From a virus: DNA of 64,000 bases. Shown piece after piece: positions 39,270 through 48,079 of this stretch. The stretch covers positions 1-64,000 of the IMG/VR virus record IMGVR_UViG_3300027861_000001; one strand, 5' to 3'. The notes under the pieces were generated by a model, which did not search any database, was not told the DNA's origin, and saw nothing but the letters and a program-made list of their open reading frames with translations. A program made the translations under genes and the position numbers. The stretch's first letter is position 1. Each line of letters opens with the position of its first letter.

Positions 39270-39565
39270 TGAAAATCTTTAAAGTAAAAACATTTGGTAG
39301 TGGTATATCTATTAGGTGTAGTGCCGAAGATTGTGGTAATTGCAACATTAGGTTTAGGTGTTGGACAACTAACTACTTGGACTATACCGAAGCATATTAC
39401 TACTTTGAAATTGATAAATCTAGGCTACCGGCTGAGGATTGGGCAGTAAAAAAATTGAACCTTGGAAATAAATATGACACAAGAGGTTATTTCGCAGTAG
39501 TAAAAATACTTGAACTGTATTTGTTTGGTAGGGTAGTAAACAAATTCAAATCTGTGAGTAGTTAA
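39269..39565 (+). CDS. CWT-family protein (N-terminal motif)
   Basis: CGNCNIRFRCWTT at residues ~23-35. Confidence 0.7.
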   Translation: MKIFKVKTFGSGISIRCSAEDCGNCNIRFRCWTTNYLDYTEAYYYFEIDKSRLPAEDWAVKKLNLGNKYDTRGYFAVVKILELYLFGRVVNKFKSVSS

Positions 39566-39567
39566 GT

Positions 39568-39996
39568 ATGGGAAAATCTATACCAATTCGAAAAGAATGC
39601 TTAGATAATAAGTTTATGTGTAATAGTTGTTCTGTGAGATACCTTTGTTACACAAACAGCTTACCTAGTAGAAAGTGCAGTGACTTAGAATATGCTTTTG
39701 ACTATAACAACACACCTTTTGAGTATGAAGATATTCTAGCTATTTGGGCAGCTGTTTATGGAGCAAATGACGGTTCCGACTGGTTTTGGGTAGTACAATT
39801 ATCTGGAAATAAATATTCATTAGTACGTGGTGGTTGTGACTATACAGGTTGGGACTGACAGAGTTGGGTTAGTTGCGAGTTCGCAACATCAACAGAAGAG
39901 GCAGCTAAGTTGTCACCTATTAAAGACGACGGCAGACCTATACAAGACACTTTGTTGAAACAAATAAAAGGTGAAATTCCTTATGGGACTGTTTAA
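39568..39996 (+). CDS. candidate selenoprotein (in-frame UGA at 39856-39858) with an N-terminal CWT-family motif
   Basis: GGCDYTGWD-UGA-QSWV... stays open to TAA 39994-39996, which overlaps the next ATG; SECIS-like hairpin follows the UGA. Confidence 0.65.
39863..39893 (+). promoter_or_regulatory. putative bacterial SECIS element
   Basis: gttgg..GTTGCG-AGTT-CGCAAC..tcaac hairpin, apical G about 21 nt after the UGA. Confidence 0.6.
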
Positions 39997-40223
39997 TGGA
40001 ATTACCAAAAATAGGTACTAGACTTATAGTGGTAAGCAACGAAGGAAGATGGTTGCCTAAAGGTGAGGTTGTAATATTTGATGGTACGTCTTACTCAGGT
40101 AACTGGATGATTATTACACCAGATGGTAGACGTTCGGGTGGGTGGTTGCCAGGAAGATTTAAAGTATGCCCAGCTAATACCTGTGATACATGTAAACAAC
40201 GATATAGGTGTTGGACTACTTAG
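39996..40223 (+). CDS. CWT-family protein
   Basis: Ends CDTCKQRYRCWTT. Confidence 0.8.
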   Translation: MELPKIGTRLIVVSNEGRWLPKGEVVIFDGTSYSGNWMIITPDGRRSGGWLPGRFKVCPANTCDTCKQRYRCWTT

Positions 40224-40235
40224 GAGGAAAACACT

Positions 40236-40487
40236 ATGGATTTAAATGATATTTCAACAGAAGAATTAGAAGAAGAAGTCGAGAAAAGAAAGCGAGATGC
40301 CATACCAAAACCATTAAGTGTGATAGGTCTAACCGCTTTGACACGAATATGTAACGAATATATCAATGGATTAGCAGGTGGTTACCAAATTAAAGACGGT
40401 GAACATTACATCTTTGAAACAGCAATAGAAGCTGTATACGGTAAAGATGTGTGGGATTGGGTTAATTCACAAGACTGTATGTTGTAG
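40236..40487 (+). CDS. hypothetical protein
   Basis: AGGAGG RBS. Confidence 0.6.
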   Translation: MDLNDISTEELEEEVEKRKRDAIPKPLSVIGLTALTRICNEYINGLAGGYQIKDGEHYIFETAIEAVYGKDVWDWVNSQDCML

Positions 40488-40600
40488 GAAAATAAAAATG
40501 AAAAAGATAATAAACCTAATTAAAAACCTGTTAAACAGTAAACCAAAACAATCAAAGTATAATAACGTAGAAAAGAACGTGATGGATACGATAAAAGAAT

Positions 40601-40969
40601 ATGATAAAGGGCATCGTTAGTATGAGTAAAACACACGTAAAAGCATTTTTTAAGTTGTTTCTGGGTGTAGTAATAGTTCAATTACTGCTGGCACTGCTTT
40701 TTGTACCGTTCTGGAATATGTCTGTAGCTGAAACATTTACCTTTGCTAACAGTATAGAATATATTCAGGCACTTGGTGCGCTAGGAATATTTTGGTGCTT
40801 TTTACTTGTTACTCTAGTAATTAAATCGTTCGTAAGTTTGGTAACAGGTGCTATTGCTACTGTTCACATTACTAAAGCGTGGGAAACTGCCAAAGAAGAA
40901 GCTAGAAAAAAGATGGAAGAAAATATGGAAAAACTGGGCAAACATTTCCCTGATGATAATGATGAATAA
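40601..40969 (+). CDS. membrane protein
   Basis: Two hydrophobic segments. Confidence 0.55.
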   Translation: MIKGIVSMSKTHVKAFFKLFLGVVIVQLLLALLFVPFWNMSVAETFTFANSIEYIQALGALGIFWCFLLVTLVIKSFVSLVTGAIATVHITKAWETAKEEARKKMEENMEKLGKHFPDDNDE

Positions 40970-41315
40970 AAACGGATCGGGGTTAGGCGTGGAAAGTAAG
41001 TTTTTATGTTGTTACACTGAAGGAAACCCTTTGGAACTTGAATTTAAGTTTATTATAAAATTAGTTTACCGTGGTGTTTTCCAAAAGTATATACTTTACA
41101 AACGTGAAAACTTTCTTAATTACTTTGGTGATAAACGAAATCCATTCGAAAAAGATACGTACACGCATTTAGATTTAATGTACGAAAAGTTTTATATGGC
41201 AGGTTATACAGTAGATAAAAATTGTGATGATTGTAACTACAGGTTCTTCTGTTTTACTGATGAACCTATTTCGATAACTATCGACGCATCAGGGAAAAAT
41301 TGGATACTTTTATGA
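40959..41315 (+). CDS. CWT-family protein (internal motif)
   Basis: CDDCNYRFFCFTD; start uncertain. Confidence 0.65.
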   Translation: MMNKNGSGLGVESKFLCCYTEGNPLELEFKFIIKLVYRGVFQKYILYKRENFLNYFGDKRNPFEKDTYTHLDLMYEKFYMAGYTVDKNCDDCNYRFFCFTDEPISITIDASGKNWILL

Positions 41316-41662
41316 AAAAGAAGTATTATCCTATAGTAACATTTCCAAGTAAATCCAGTAGTAAGGTTTATACTGTCTCAATGGATAATGATGGAGGATT
41401 AAGTTGTGATTGTCCTGCTTGGGTATTTAAAAAAGCTGGAGAAAGAATTTGTAGGCATATAAAAGAAGTCACAGCACAAGGTTTTGGTACAGTAGAAGGA
41501 AAGTTTGTTGTGTTAGTAGATTCATTGTCAAACAAAGAACCTATCTTCTGTAAAAAATATCCAAGGCAGTGTGATACTTGTAGTTTAAGATTTCCATGTT
41601 ATACAGCTAATACACCTGAGTTTTCTATTAAAGAATTGAGAAAAGAAGGTATTGTTAAGTGA
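41312..41662 (+). CDS. SWIM zinc-finger + CWT-family motif protein
   Basis: YTV...SCDCPAW...CRH (SWIM); CDTCSLRFPCYTA. Confidence 0.75.
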   Translation: MKKKYYPIVTFPSKSSSKVYTVSMDNDGGLSCDCPAWVFKKAGERICRHIKEVTAQGFGTVEGKFVVLVDSLSNKEPIFCKKYPRQCDTCSLRFPCYTANTPEFSIKELRKEGIVK

Positions 41663-41982
41663 ATTGGAATGATCAAACAAAGGAACAAAAACGGTATGCG
41701 TTAAATAAATTAGCGGCTGATGGTTCTGCTTTAGAACGAGGATATAAAGTTTGTATAGTAAACCAATCTGACCTTTCACATGAAGATTATACACACAAAA
41801 TATTTTGTGTAACTGGTTTTCGACCCATAAACGAGTCTTTATGCACAGATGATTCACTGGTTGTAGAATTACAAAGCGAAAAAATGGGAGGACTTAGTTG
41901 TTACGCTTGGCGTCTTCACATTATGGAAGATGAAGAAAGTTGTAATAATTGTCCAGCTAGGTTTAAATGTTGGACAGGATAA
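41659..41982 (+). CDS. CWT-family protein
   Basis: Ends CNNCPARFKCWTG. Confidence 0.8.
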   Translation: MNWNDQTKEQKRYALNKLAADGSALERGYKVCIVNQSDLSHEDYTHKIFCVTGFRPINESLCTDDSLVVELQSEKMGGLSCYAWRLHIMEDEESCNNCPARFKCWTG

Positions 41983-42202
41983 TGAATTATTATGAGAAAG
42001 TTTTTTGAAAGAGTAGCTGACCACATACTGGTTTTTGCCTTTGGAATGGTATTAGGAGCAGCTGTGGCATGTACGACGTGCTTCTCTTTGTTTCTACTCA
42101 CCAACGAAACAAAAGAAGGTTATGCTAATGGATATGAAGATTGCAAAACAAGTATCATAGAGGCTATAGATTGCTTACCCAAATATAATTTAGAGGTGAA
42201 TA

Positions 42203-42802
42203 ATGATTAGGTTACGAACAAAAAAATCCAAAGGAACAACAGTGAAAGTAGTGGAAGAAATAGTAGAGAAAGTAGAAGTTCCACTCAAAGAAAAAATATC
42301 AATTGAAAAACTGGAAAATTTGTACATTACTAAGAATGTGAGAAGTTTGGAGTTATCAACTAAAGACATTACCGAACATGCTCGCACCTCATTAAAAATA
42401 ATGCAGGCAATTGAGAGTGTTGGACTTGATCCAATTGAAATAAATTCAAAATGGTACACTTATGCAATAACAGGAGATTGGCTTAGTGAAAGTATAATGG
42501 CTCCAAATCAACTTATACGCTTTCAATATGCTTACCCTATTCCAAAATTTGTTCAAGAAAACATGCAAAAAGTTCTTAAAGTCGTTGGATTACCGAACAA
42601 AGACAGAACTACAAAACACTGCTCTGCTTATATATATTCTGCTTCTCCTGTGTTAGGGTATTCACCAGATATCGACAGACGACCCGCCACAATATTAGCT
42701 GATCCGATAATGGCAGTTCATGTTTATGTACTTGGTAACTCCTACACCTACGAAGTGGGAACGTGGGATTTATCCATTGACTTAGATAATCTACCAGAAT
42801 AA
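42203..42802 (+). CDS. hypothetical protein
   Basis: 199 aa, GAGGTG RBS. Confidence 0.65.
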   Translation: MIRLRTKKSKGTTVKVVEEIVEKVEVPLKEKISIEKLENLYITKNVRSLELSTKDITEHARTSLKIMQAIESVGLDPIEINSKWYTYAITGDWLSESIMAPNQLIRFQYAYPIPKFVQENMQKVLKVVGLPNKDRTTKHCSAYIYSASPVLGYSPDIDRRPATILADPIMAVHVYVLGNSYTYEVGTWDLSIDLDNLPE

Positions 42803-42821
42803 AAAAAAAAGGAGAACAACA

Positions 42822-43151
42822 ATGAAAATTCGTAAAGGTTTTGTCAGTAATAGTAGTAGCACAAGTTTCTGTATCTTTGGAGCCTGTGTCAAGGAAGGTT
42901 GGGGAGAAAGTTTAGTAACTTTGAGTGCTGAGGAAATTGAAGATAGGTTACAAAATACTACCTTAAGATATGCAACTGGTGAGTCAGATGAAATTTATGT
43001 TGGGTTAAATTGGCATGATATGGACGACAACGAAACCAAACAAGACTTCATGCGACGAATAAGAAAGCTAATCTTGGACGCATTTCCAGAAATAACTGAC
43101 CAAGAATCCTTAAAAGTATATATGGAAGTGCAGGGGTGGTATGACGGATGA
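42822..43151 (+). CDS. GFVSNSS-leader family protein 1
   Basis: MKIRKGFVSNSSSTSF. Confidence 0.8.
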   Translation: MKIRKGFVSNSSSTSFCIFGACVKEGWGESLVTLSAEEIEDRLQNTTLRYATGESDEIYVGLNWHDMDDNETKQDFMRRIRKLILDAFPEITDQESLKVYMEVQGWYDG

Positions 43152-43711
43152 AAATAAGAAATGGTTTTGTGTCTAACAGTTCTACAGCTAGCTTTATTGT
43201 TTTAATAAAACCTAAAAGAATTAAAGATGTAGAGTTTGTTTTGCGGTATGCAACAGGTGAGTATCCTGTATGTAAAACTGTGTCTAAAAGAAAGAAAGAA
43301 TTAAATAAAGAAATAAGTAAGCTGGACGAAGATATACTTTACGTTAAGGAAAAATACAAGGAACTAGATTCGCTTTATAGTGAGAATGCTTTTGATTTTC
43401 ATGAGTTGTGCCATGACATATCAAACATAAATAATTATAGAAAATCTATATTCGCTATTAGGACAATGAGAGAGCATCCATCAAAAATTAAGCTAAAAAG
43501 AACTTTCTACCACGACAAACTCAAAAATGTAATTGAAAACATTAAGGAAGCAAAGGTTGATTGCCAAAATGAGTTGAAAAGTCTAACTGGTAATGAAACT
43601 TGGAGTATTGTTAGTTTTCAAGATGATGCCAATTTCGGTAGAATGCAAGGAATGGTAGACGAGTTAGTTAAAGATGGAGACGCTATAATTATTTTGGAGG
43701 AAAGAACATGA
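43148..43711 (+). CDS. GFVSNSS-leader family protein 2
   Basis: MKIRNGFVSNSSTASF. Confidence 0.8.
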   Translation: MKIRNGFVSNSSTASFIVLIKPKRIKDVEFVLRYATGEYPVCKTVSKRKKELNKEISKLDEDILYVKEKYKELDSLYSENAFDFHELCHDISNINNYRKSIFAIRTMREHPSKIKLKRTFYHDKLKNVIENIKEAKVDCQNELKSLTGNETWSIVSFQDDANFGRMQGMVDELVKDGDAIIILEERT

Positions 43712-44250
43712 AAACTAGAACAGGGTTTGTATCAAACAGTTCCAGTAGCTCTTTCGTAGTTTTATTTCCAAAAGTTCCAAAAACTGTTGAAGATGTTAAG
43801 AAGATGGTTTTTTCGAAAGATGAATCATTCTACCCTCGTCCATCTGGTTCAGACTTAAAAACGTGGAGAATAAACAAAGAATATTGGGAAGTTGAGGAAG
43901 TTGCCAAAACAATATTCAGTGATATACAAGAGCAGGAAGTAAATAATAAAGAAGCCATGCTTAATGAGGTGGATGGTGGTGTAAATCCAGATGATTTTAG
44001 GTCTGGTGTAGCAACCACTTATGAGAGAGGAGACGGAACTTCTTACACAATAAATGAGATAGATTGGAAAGCGTATTATAAAGCTGAACACAAACAAAGC
44101 AAGAGAATATTAGAGGCATTTTTAAAGAATAATACAGAAACGGCAGGTTATGTGTTTGAGTATTCAGACAACGATAGTGGTTATTCCAGTGCATTAGAAC
44201 ACGATGGTTTGTTTGAAAATCTTCCACACATCAAAACCAGTAAACACTAA
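43708..44250 (+). CDS. GFVSNSS-leader family protein 3
   Basis: MKTRTGFVSNSSSSSF. Confidence 0.8.
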   Translation: MKTRTGFVSNSSSSSFVVLFPKVPKTVEDVKKMVFSKDESFYPRPSGSDLKTWRINKEYWEVEEVAKTIFSDIQEQEVNNKEAMLNEVDGGVNPDDFRSGVATTYERGDGTSYTINEIDWKAYYKAEHKQSKRILEAFLKNNTETAGYVFEYSDNDSGYSSALEHDGLFENLPHIKTSKH

Positions 44251-44264
44251 AAAGGAGAAAGTAA

Positions 44265-44588
44265 ATGAAAGTAAGGCAGGGATTCGTAAGCAATAGTTCA
44301 AGTAGCTCGTTCATAGTGTTGGTAAAAGATGAAACCATGTCGGCAGAAGAGCGAAGAGAAAAAAACATAGCAATATACAGAGAAGAATATGGAGAAGACT
44401 TCGACGAAGTTGCAGAGGATGGTTACATAAACAAGTGGTTAGCTGGGTACGAGAAAGAACACCAATATATTCTTCTAAAACAAAGTGTTGAGTATGGCGG
44501 AGAAGACTCGGTGACCGCTATAGTAACTGCTTTGTTAGATAAGCTAGGAGTTGCTACAGAAAATATAACGTTTGCGTGGGATGAGTAA
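44265..44588 (+). CDS. GFVSNSS-leader family protein 4
   Basis: MKVRQGFVSNSSSSSF. Confidence 0.8.
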   Translation: MKVRQGFVSNSSSSSFIVLVKDETMSAEERREKNIAIYREEYGEDFDEVAEDGYINKWLAGYEKEHQYILLKQSVEYGGEDSVTAIVTALLDKLGVATENITFAWDE

Positions 44589-44589
44589 C

Positions 44590-44847
44590 ATGAAAATTAG
44601 AACAGGTTTTGTATCAAACAGTAGCAGTAGTAGTTTTGTTCTAACAAAAATGAATTTGTCACAACAACAACTTCAAAAAATTAGTGAGAAGATACGTTTA
44701 TTTGAAGGTGCGAGTAGTGATATGTACATTTATAATGGAAAAAGATTTTTTCACGGTGAGATGTCAATGCATGACATCGAAGCATTTGAAAATTTTCTTG
44801 TGAATCAACTAGGGGTTAGTGAGGAAGATTTCGAATTTAATCAGTAG
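44590..44847 (+). CDS. GFVSNSS-leader family protein 5
   Basis: MKIRTGFVSNSSSSSF (start refined to 44590). Confidence 0.8.
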   Translation: MKIRTGFVSNSSSSSFVLTKMNLSQQQLQKISEKIRLFEGASSDMYIYNGKRFFHGEMSMHDIEAFENFLVNQLGVSEEDFEFNQ

Positions 44848-44856
44848 GAGAACGAA

Positions 44857-45183
44857 ATGAAAATAAGACAAGGATTTGTGTCCAATAGTTCTAGTTCGTC
44901 TTTTATAGTTCTGAAAGAGAACTTGAATAATTGGCAGCTTAAACAACTGTATGAACATATGTCTGTTGGGAAAACATTGGGAGTGTATATTCCTTATAGA
45001 CCAATAGATAAACCATTCACAGATGACGATAGAATGTATGAAGGTATGGACGCTTGGAGCATAAATGAAGAAGTTAAAGACGACGGTAATACTTACATAA
45101 CAGGATATACTTCTATGAATAATTTTCCAATGGAGGATTTCTTAAAGAAAATTGGTGTTAAGGGTGTACTTTGGGATTACTAA
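44857..45183 (+). CDS. GFVSNSS-leader family protein 6
   Basis: MKIRQGFVSNSSSSSF. Confidence 0.8.
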   Translation: MKIRQGFVSNSSSSSFIVLKENLNNWQLKQLYEHMSVGKTLGVYIPYRPIDKPFTDDDRMYEGMDAWSINEEVKDDGNTYITGYTSMNNFPMEDFLKKIGVKGVLWDY

Positions 45184-45198
45184 AAAAGGAGTAAAATA

Positions 45199-45558
45199 AT
45201 GAAAATAAGAAAAGGTTTTGTGAGTAATAGTAGCTCAACTTCGTTCTGTGTTTATGGTGATATTATCGAAGAAAGTGAATTAAAAGATATCTTTTCAAAA
45301 CTTGTAGATACGTGGAGTGATGAGGATGATTTGTATGCAATTTGTGAAGATTTGGAACTTGTGTTTCAAGACACGGGAATAGAAGTTATAGCCGGAGAAG
45401 ACTGTCTAGTGATTGGTAGAGGTTATGACACGCTACGCGACAACGAAACTGGGGCAGAATTCAAAACCTCCGTAGAGACAGCTTTAAAGGCAAAGCTTGG
45501 AGATGAAGCTGTAGGTAAAATGCACCTCAGTTATAACGAGGGAGAAATTTATAGTTAA
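45199..45558 (+). CDS. GFVSNSS-leader family protein 7
   Basis: MKIRKGFVSNSSSTSF; full-length similarity to member 1 (DNET..F). Confidence 0.8.
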   Translation: MKIRKGFVSNSSSTSFCVYGDIIEESELKDIFSKLVDTWSDEDDLYAICEDLELVFQDTGIEVIAGEDCLVIGRGYDTLRDNETGAEFKTSVETALKAKLGDEAVGKMHLSYNEGEIYS

Positions 45559-45569
45559 AGGAGTAAGTC

Positions 45570-46589
45570 GTGGGAACAAAAACAGTTAAGTCACCAGAGT
45601 ATAATTATATCTTTAATGACGAAACAGGGTTCTTTTTAAGGTGGGGAAAGTCTCTAGAGGACGACCCACTTTACTCACCATACGGCCCAGAGATACTAGA
45701 TATAGAAATATCAACAATTTGCTCTCATGGGTGTTCGTTCTGTTATAAAACAAACAAGAGTGAAGGAATTAATATGACTTATGAAACCTTTACTAGTATG
45801 TTTGAAAAGTTCCCAAGTAACTTGACTCAGATTGCCTTTGGAATTGGGGATATTGACGGGAATCCAGACTTATATGATATTATGGATTATTGCAACCTAA
45901 AAAAAGTAATCCCCAACATTACTATCAACGGTACTAGGATGACTCCTGGGCATTATGACTCTCTATCACAGTTGTGTGGAGCAGTAGCAGTAAGTCTCTA
46001 TGATTATGACACCTGTTATAACGCTGTTAAGGAATTGACAGATCGAGGAATGAAACAAGTAAACATTCACTGTCTCTTGGCTGTTGAGACTTTGGAAAAA
46101 TGTTACCAAGTACTTAAAGATGTAAAAACTGATGAAAGACTGAGTGGTCTTAACGCTGTAGTGTTTTTAATTTTGAAACCAAAAGGAGAAAGAAACCACT
46201 TCACACAAGTAAAAGATAAAGAAGAATTTAAACGTCTTATTGATTTTGCTTTAAAGGCCGAAGTTGGTTTTGGATTTGATTCATGTACTGCTTCAAGTTT
46301 TCTAGAGGCAGTTAGCACAGAACCTAACTATGATACGTATAATTTGTTGTCTGAACCATGTGAATCTACTTTATTTTCATACTACATTAACGTTGAAGGT
46401 AAAGGATTTCCTTGCAGTTTCACCGAATCAGTTTCACCGTACAACGGTATTGACATCTTGAAAGTGGAAGACTTTATGCTTGAGGTGTGGAACCATGAAG
46501 AAACTTTATCTTTTAGAAATAAAGTATTAAGCAATCTTGATTGTAGAGGATGCAGAATGTGTCCTCAATATGATTTACAAATGGTATAA
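45570..46589 (+). CDS. radical SAM protein with SPASM/twitch-like C-terminal domain
   Basis: CSHGCSFC; PCES..YYINVEG..FPCSF...W...CRGCRMCP. Confidence 0.85.
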   Translation: MGTKTVKSPEYNYIFNDETGFFLRWGKSLEDDPLYSPYGPEILDIEISTICSHGCSFCYKTNKSEGINMTYETFTSMFEKFPSNLTQIAFGIGDIDGNPDLYDIMDYCNLKKVIPNITINGTRMTPGHYDSLSQLCGAVAVSLYDYDTCYNAVKELTDRGMKQVNIHCLLAVETLEKCYQVLKDVKTDERLSGLNAVVFLILKPKGERNHFTQVKDKEEFKRLIDFALKAEVGFGFDSCTASSFLEAVSTEPNYDTYNLLSEPCESTLFSYYINVEGKGFPCSFTESVSPYNGIDILKVEDFMLEVWNHEETLSFRNKVLSNLDCRGCRMCPQYDLQMV

Positions 46590-46606
46590 ACAAGAGGAGA
46601 TTTGTT

Positions 46607-48079
46607 GTGAAAGCAGTTGTAAGAGAAGGTGTCGCACAAGGTAGCTACAGAGGTGGTGCTTACTATAACTATGATATGGTAAGAATACAGGGCAAAACTA
46701 TCGAAGTATCTACAATCAAAAACAGTGAATATGATTATATAACTATACCAAACGGAACTGACGAGCGTAGTTGGAGTTGGTTGAGAGAATGGCTTGTAAT
46801 CAACTCTGCCGGAGAGGTGCGAGAGGCAAGAGTAAGGTTACTAAAAGCTTTTGATGATGTTGATGTTAATACACCTGTTGTACTAGACATTTATACAGCT
46901 TTGAGGCTTGGTGTAGGTAAAGATCAAATGGTTGGGTTCAGTGTTGAAAGGGAAGGTAGGATTGCTTACGCCAGTAAACCTGAACACTTGTACGACATTA
47001 CAAAAAGACAACGAAGCTCACTACAGAGATATATACGTAGACAATTGAAATTTGGCACATCTCGTATCAAAGATCATGAGTTGGATTTACTTTGTCGTCA
47101 AGTTGTAAAAGTGTGTTATGACGGACAATTTACACTATTAAAAGGTGTTGCTATAGCAGATGCATACGAACGTCACGCTGGGTGCGACTCATGTATGACA
47201 GGTGATAGAACTTTAGTAGAAATGTACGCTATTAATAGTAATATTGAACTGGCTCTGTATCAATTCAACGGACGAGAAGCAAGGGCACTGTTGTGGACTT
47301 GTGATGACGGTATGAAAGTTCTTGATCGTATATATCCAAATGATGGTGGTCATATTGAAATTATGAAGGCGTGGGCAGCGGAGAATGGGTGGATATACAG
47401 AGTTAGTAACTCATTACCTGAAGACGATACTATAGAGTTATCAGATCGTAGTTTAAGGTATATAACTGTTAAACCTACACAAAATATACCATATTTGGAT
47501 ACTTTTTACCACGGAGAAGGAGTCAACGGTGGTATGATGGTATTGTCAAATGACGAAGATCATGGTCATTTTGTAGGTGACGGAGAGGGTGGATATACAT
47601 GTGAGTTTTGTGGCGCATATGTTAACCCAGATGATTGTTTTTGTGATAATGATGACTATATATGTGATTCTTGTCAAGATGAGTATTATGTACTATGTGA
47701 CAGATGTGATGAGTATGTTAATATTGAGAGTAGCCGAGCTACTGTAGAGGTAGATAATGAGATAATATGTCGTGACTGTCGCTCTGAATTAGATATAGTA
47801 GAGTGCTATCACTGTGGTTCTTTCACGCTCGATTATGTTGAAGTAGACAATAAGTATAATTATTGTGAATGTTGTGCTGATATTTATGCTGATGAGTGTG
47901 ATAAGTGTGGTAACCTTACAACTAATATAAAGGTTACTAATGATGATAGTTCTATCTGTCCTGATTGTTGGGACGAAAAGGCATACATATGTGATGGGTG
48001 TGGTAGTTTATTCGACGTAGATAATACAGAAGGAGGTTACTGTGTGGAATGTCAGTCAACCAGAAAAGAAACCATATAA
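46607..48079 (+). CDS. hypothetical protein with a C-terminal array of CxxC zinc-ribbon repeats
   Basis: SCM...RALLW...DRIYP core, then about ten CxxC pairs. Confidence 0.75.
   Translation: MKAVVREGVAQGSYRGGAYYNYDMVRIQGKTIEVSTIKNSEYDYITIPNGTDERSWSWLREWLVINSAGEVREARVRLLKAFDDVDVNTPVVLDIYTALRLGVGKDQMVGFSVEREGRIAYASKPEHLYDITKRQRSSLQRYIRRQLKFGTSRIKDHELDLLCRQVVKVCYDGQFTLLKGVAIADAYERHAGCDSCMTGDRTLVEMYAINSNIELALYQFNGREARALLWTCDDGMKVLDRIYPNDGGHIEIMKAWAAENGWIYRVSNSLPEDDTIELSDRSLRYITVKPTQNIPYLDTFYHGEGVNGGMMVLSNDEDHGHFVGDGEGGYTCEFCGAYVNPDDCFCDNDDYICDSCQDEYYVLCDRCDEYVNIESSRATVEVDNEIICRDCRSELDIVECYHCGSFTLDYVEVDNKYNYCECCADIYADECDKCGNLTTNIKVTNDDSSICPDCWDEKAYICDGCGSLFDVDNTEGGYCVECQSTRKETI

Noticed and set aside
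42822-45558. MKIRKG|F as a type IV prepilin (class III) signal peptide
   Set aside because: No Glu at +5 and no ~20-residue hydrophobic helix after the GF
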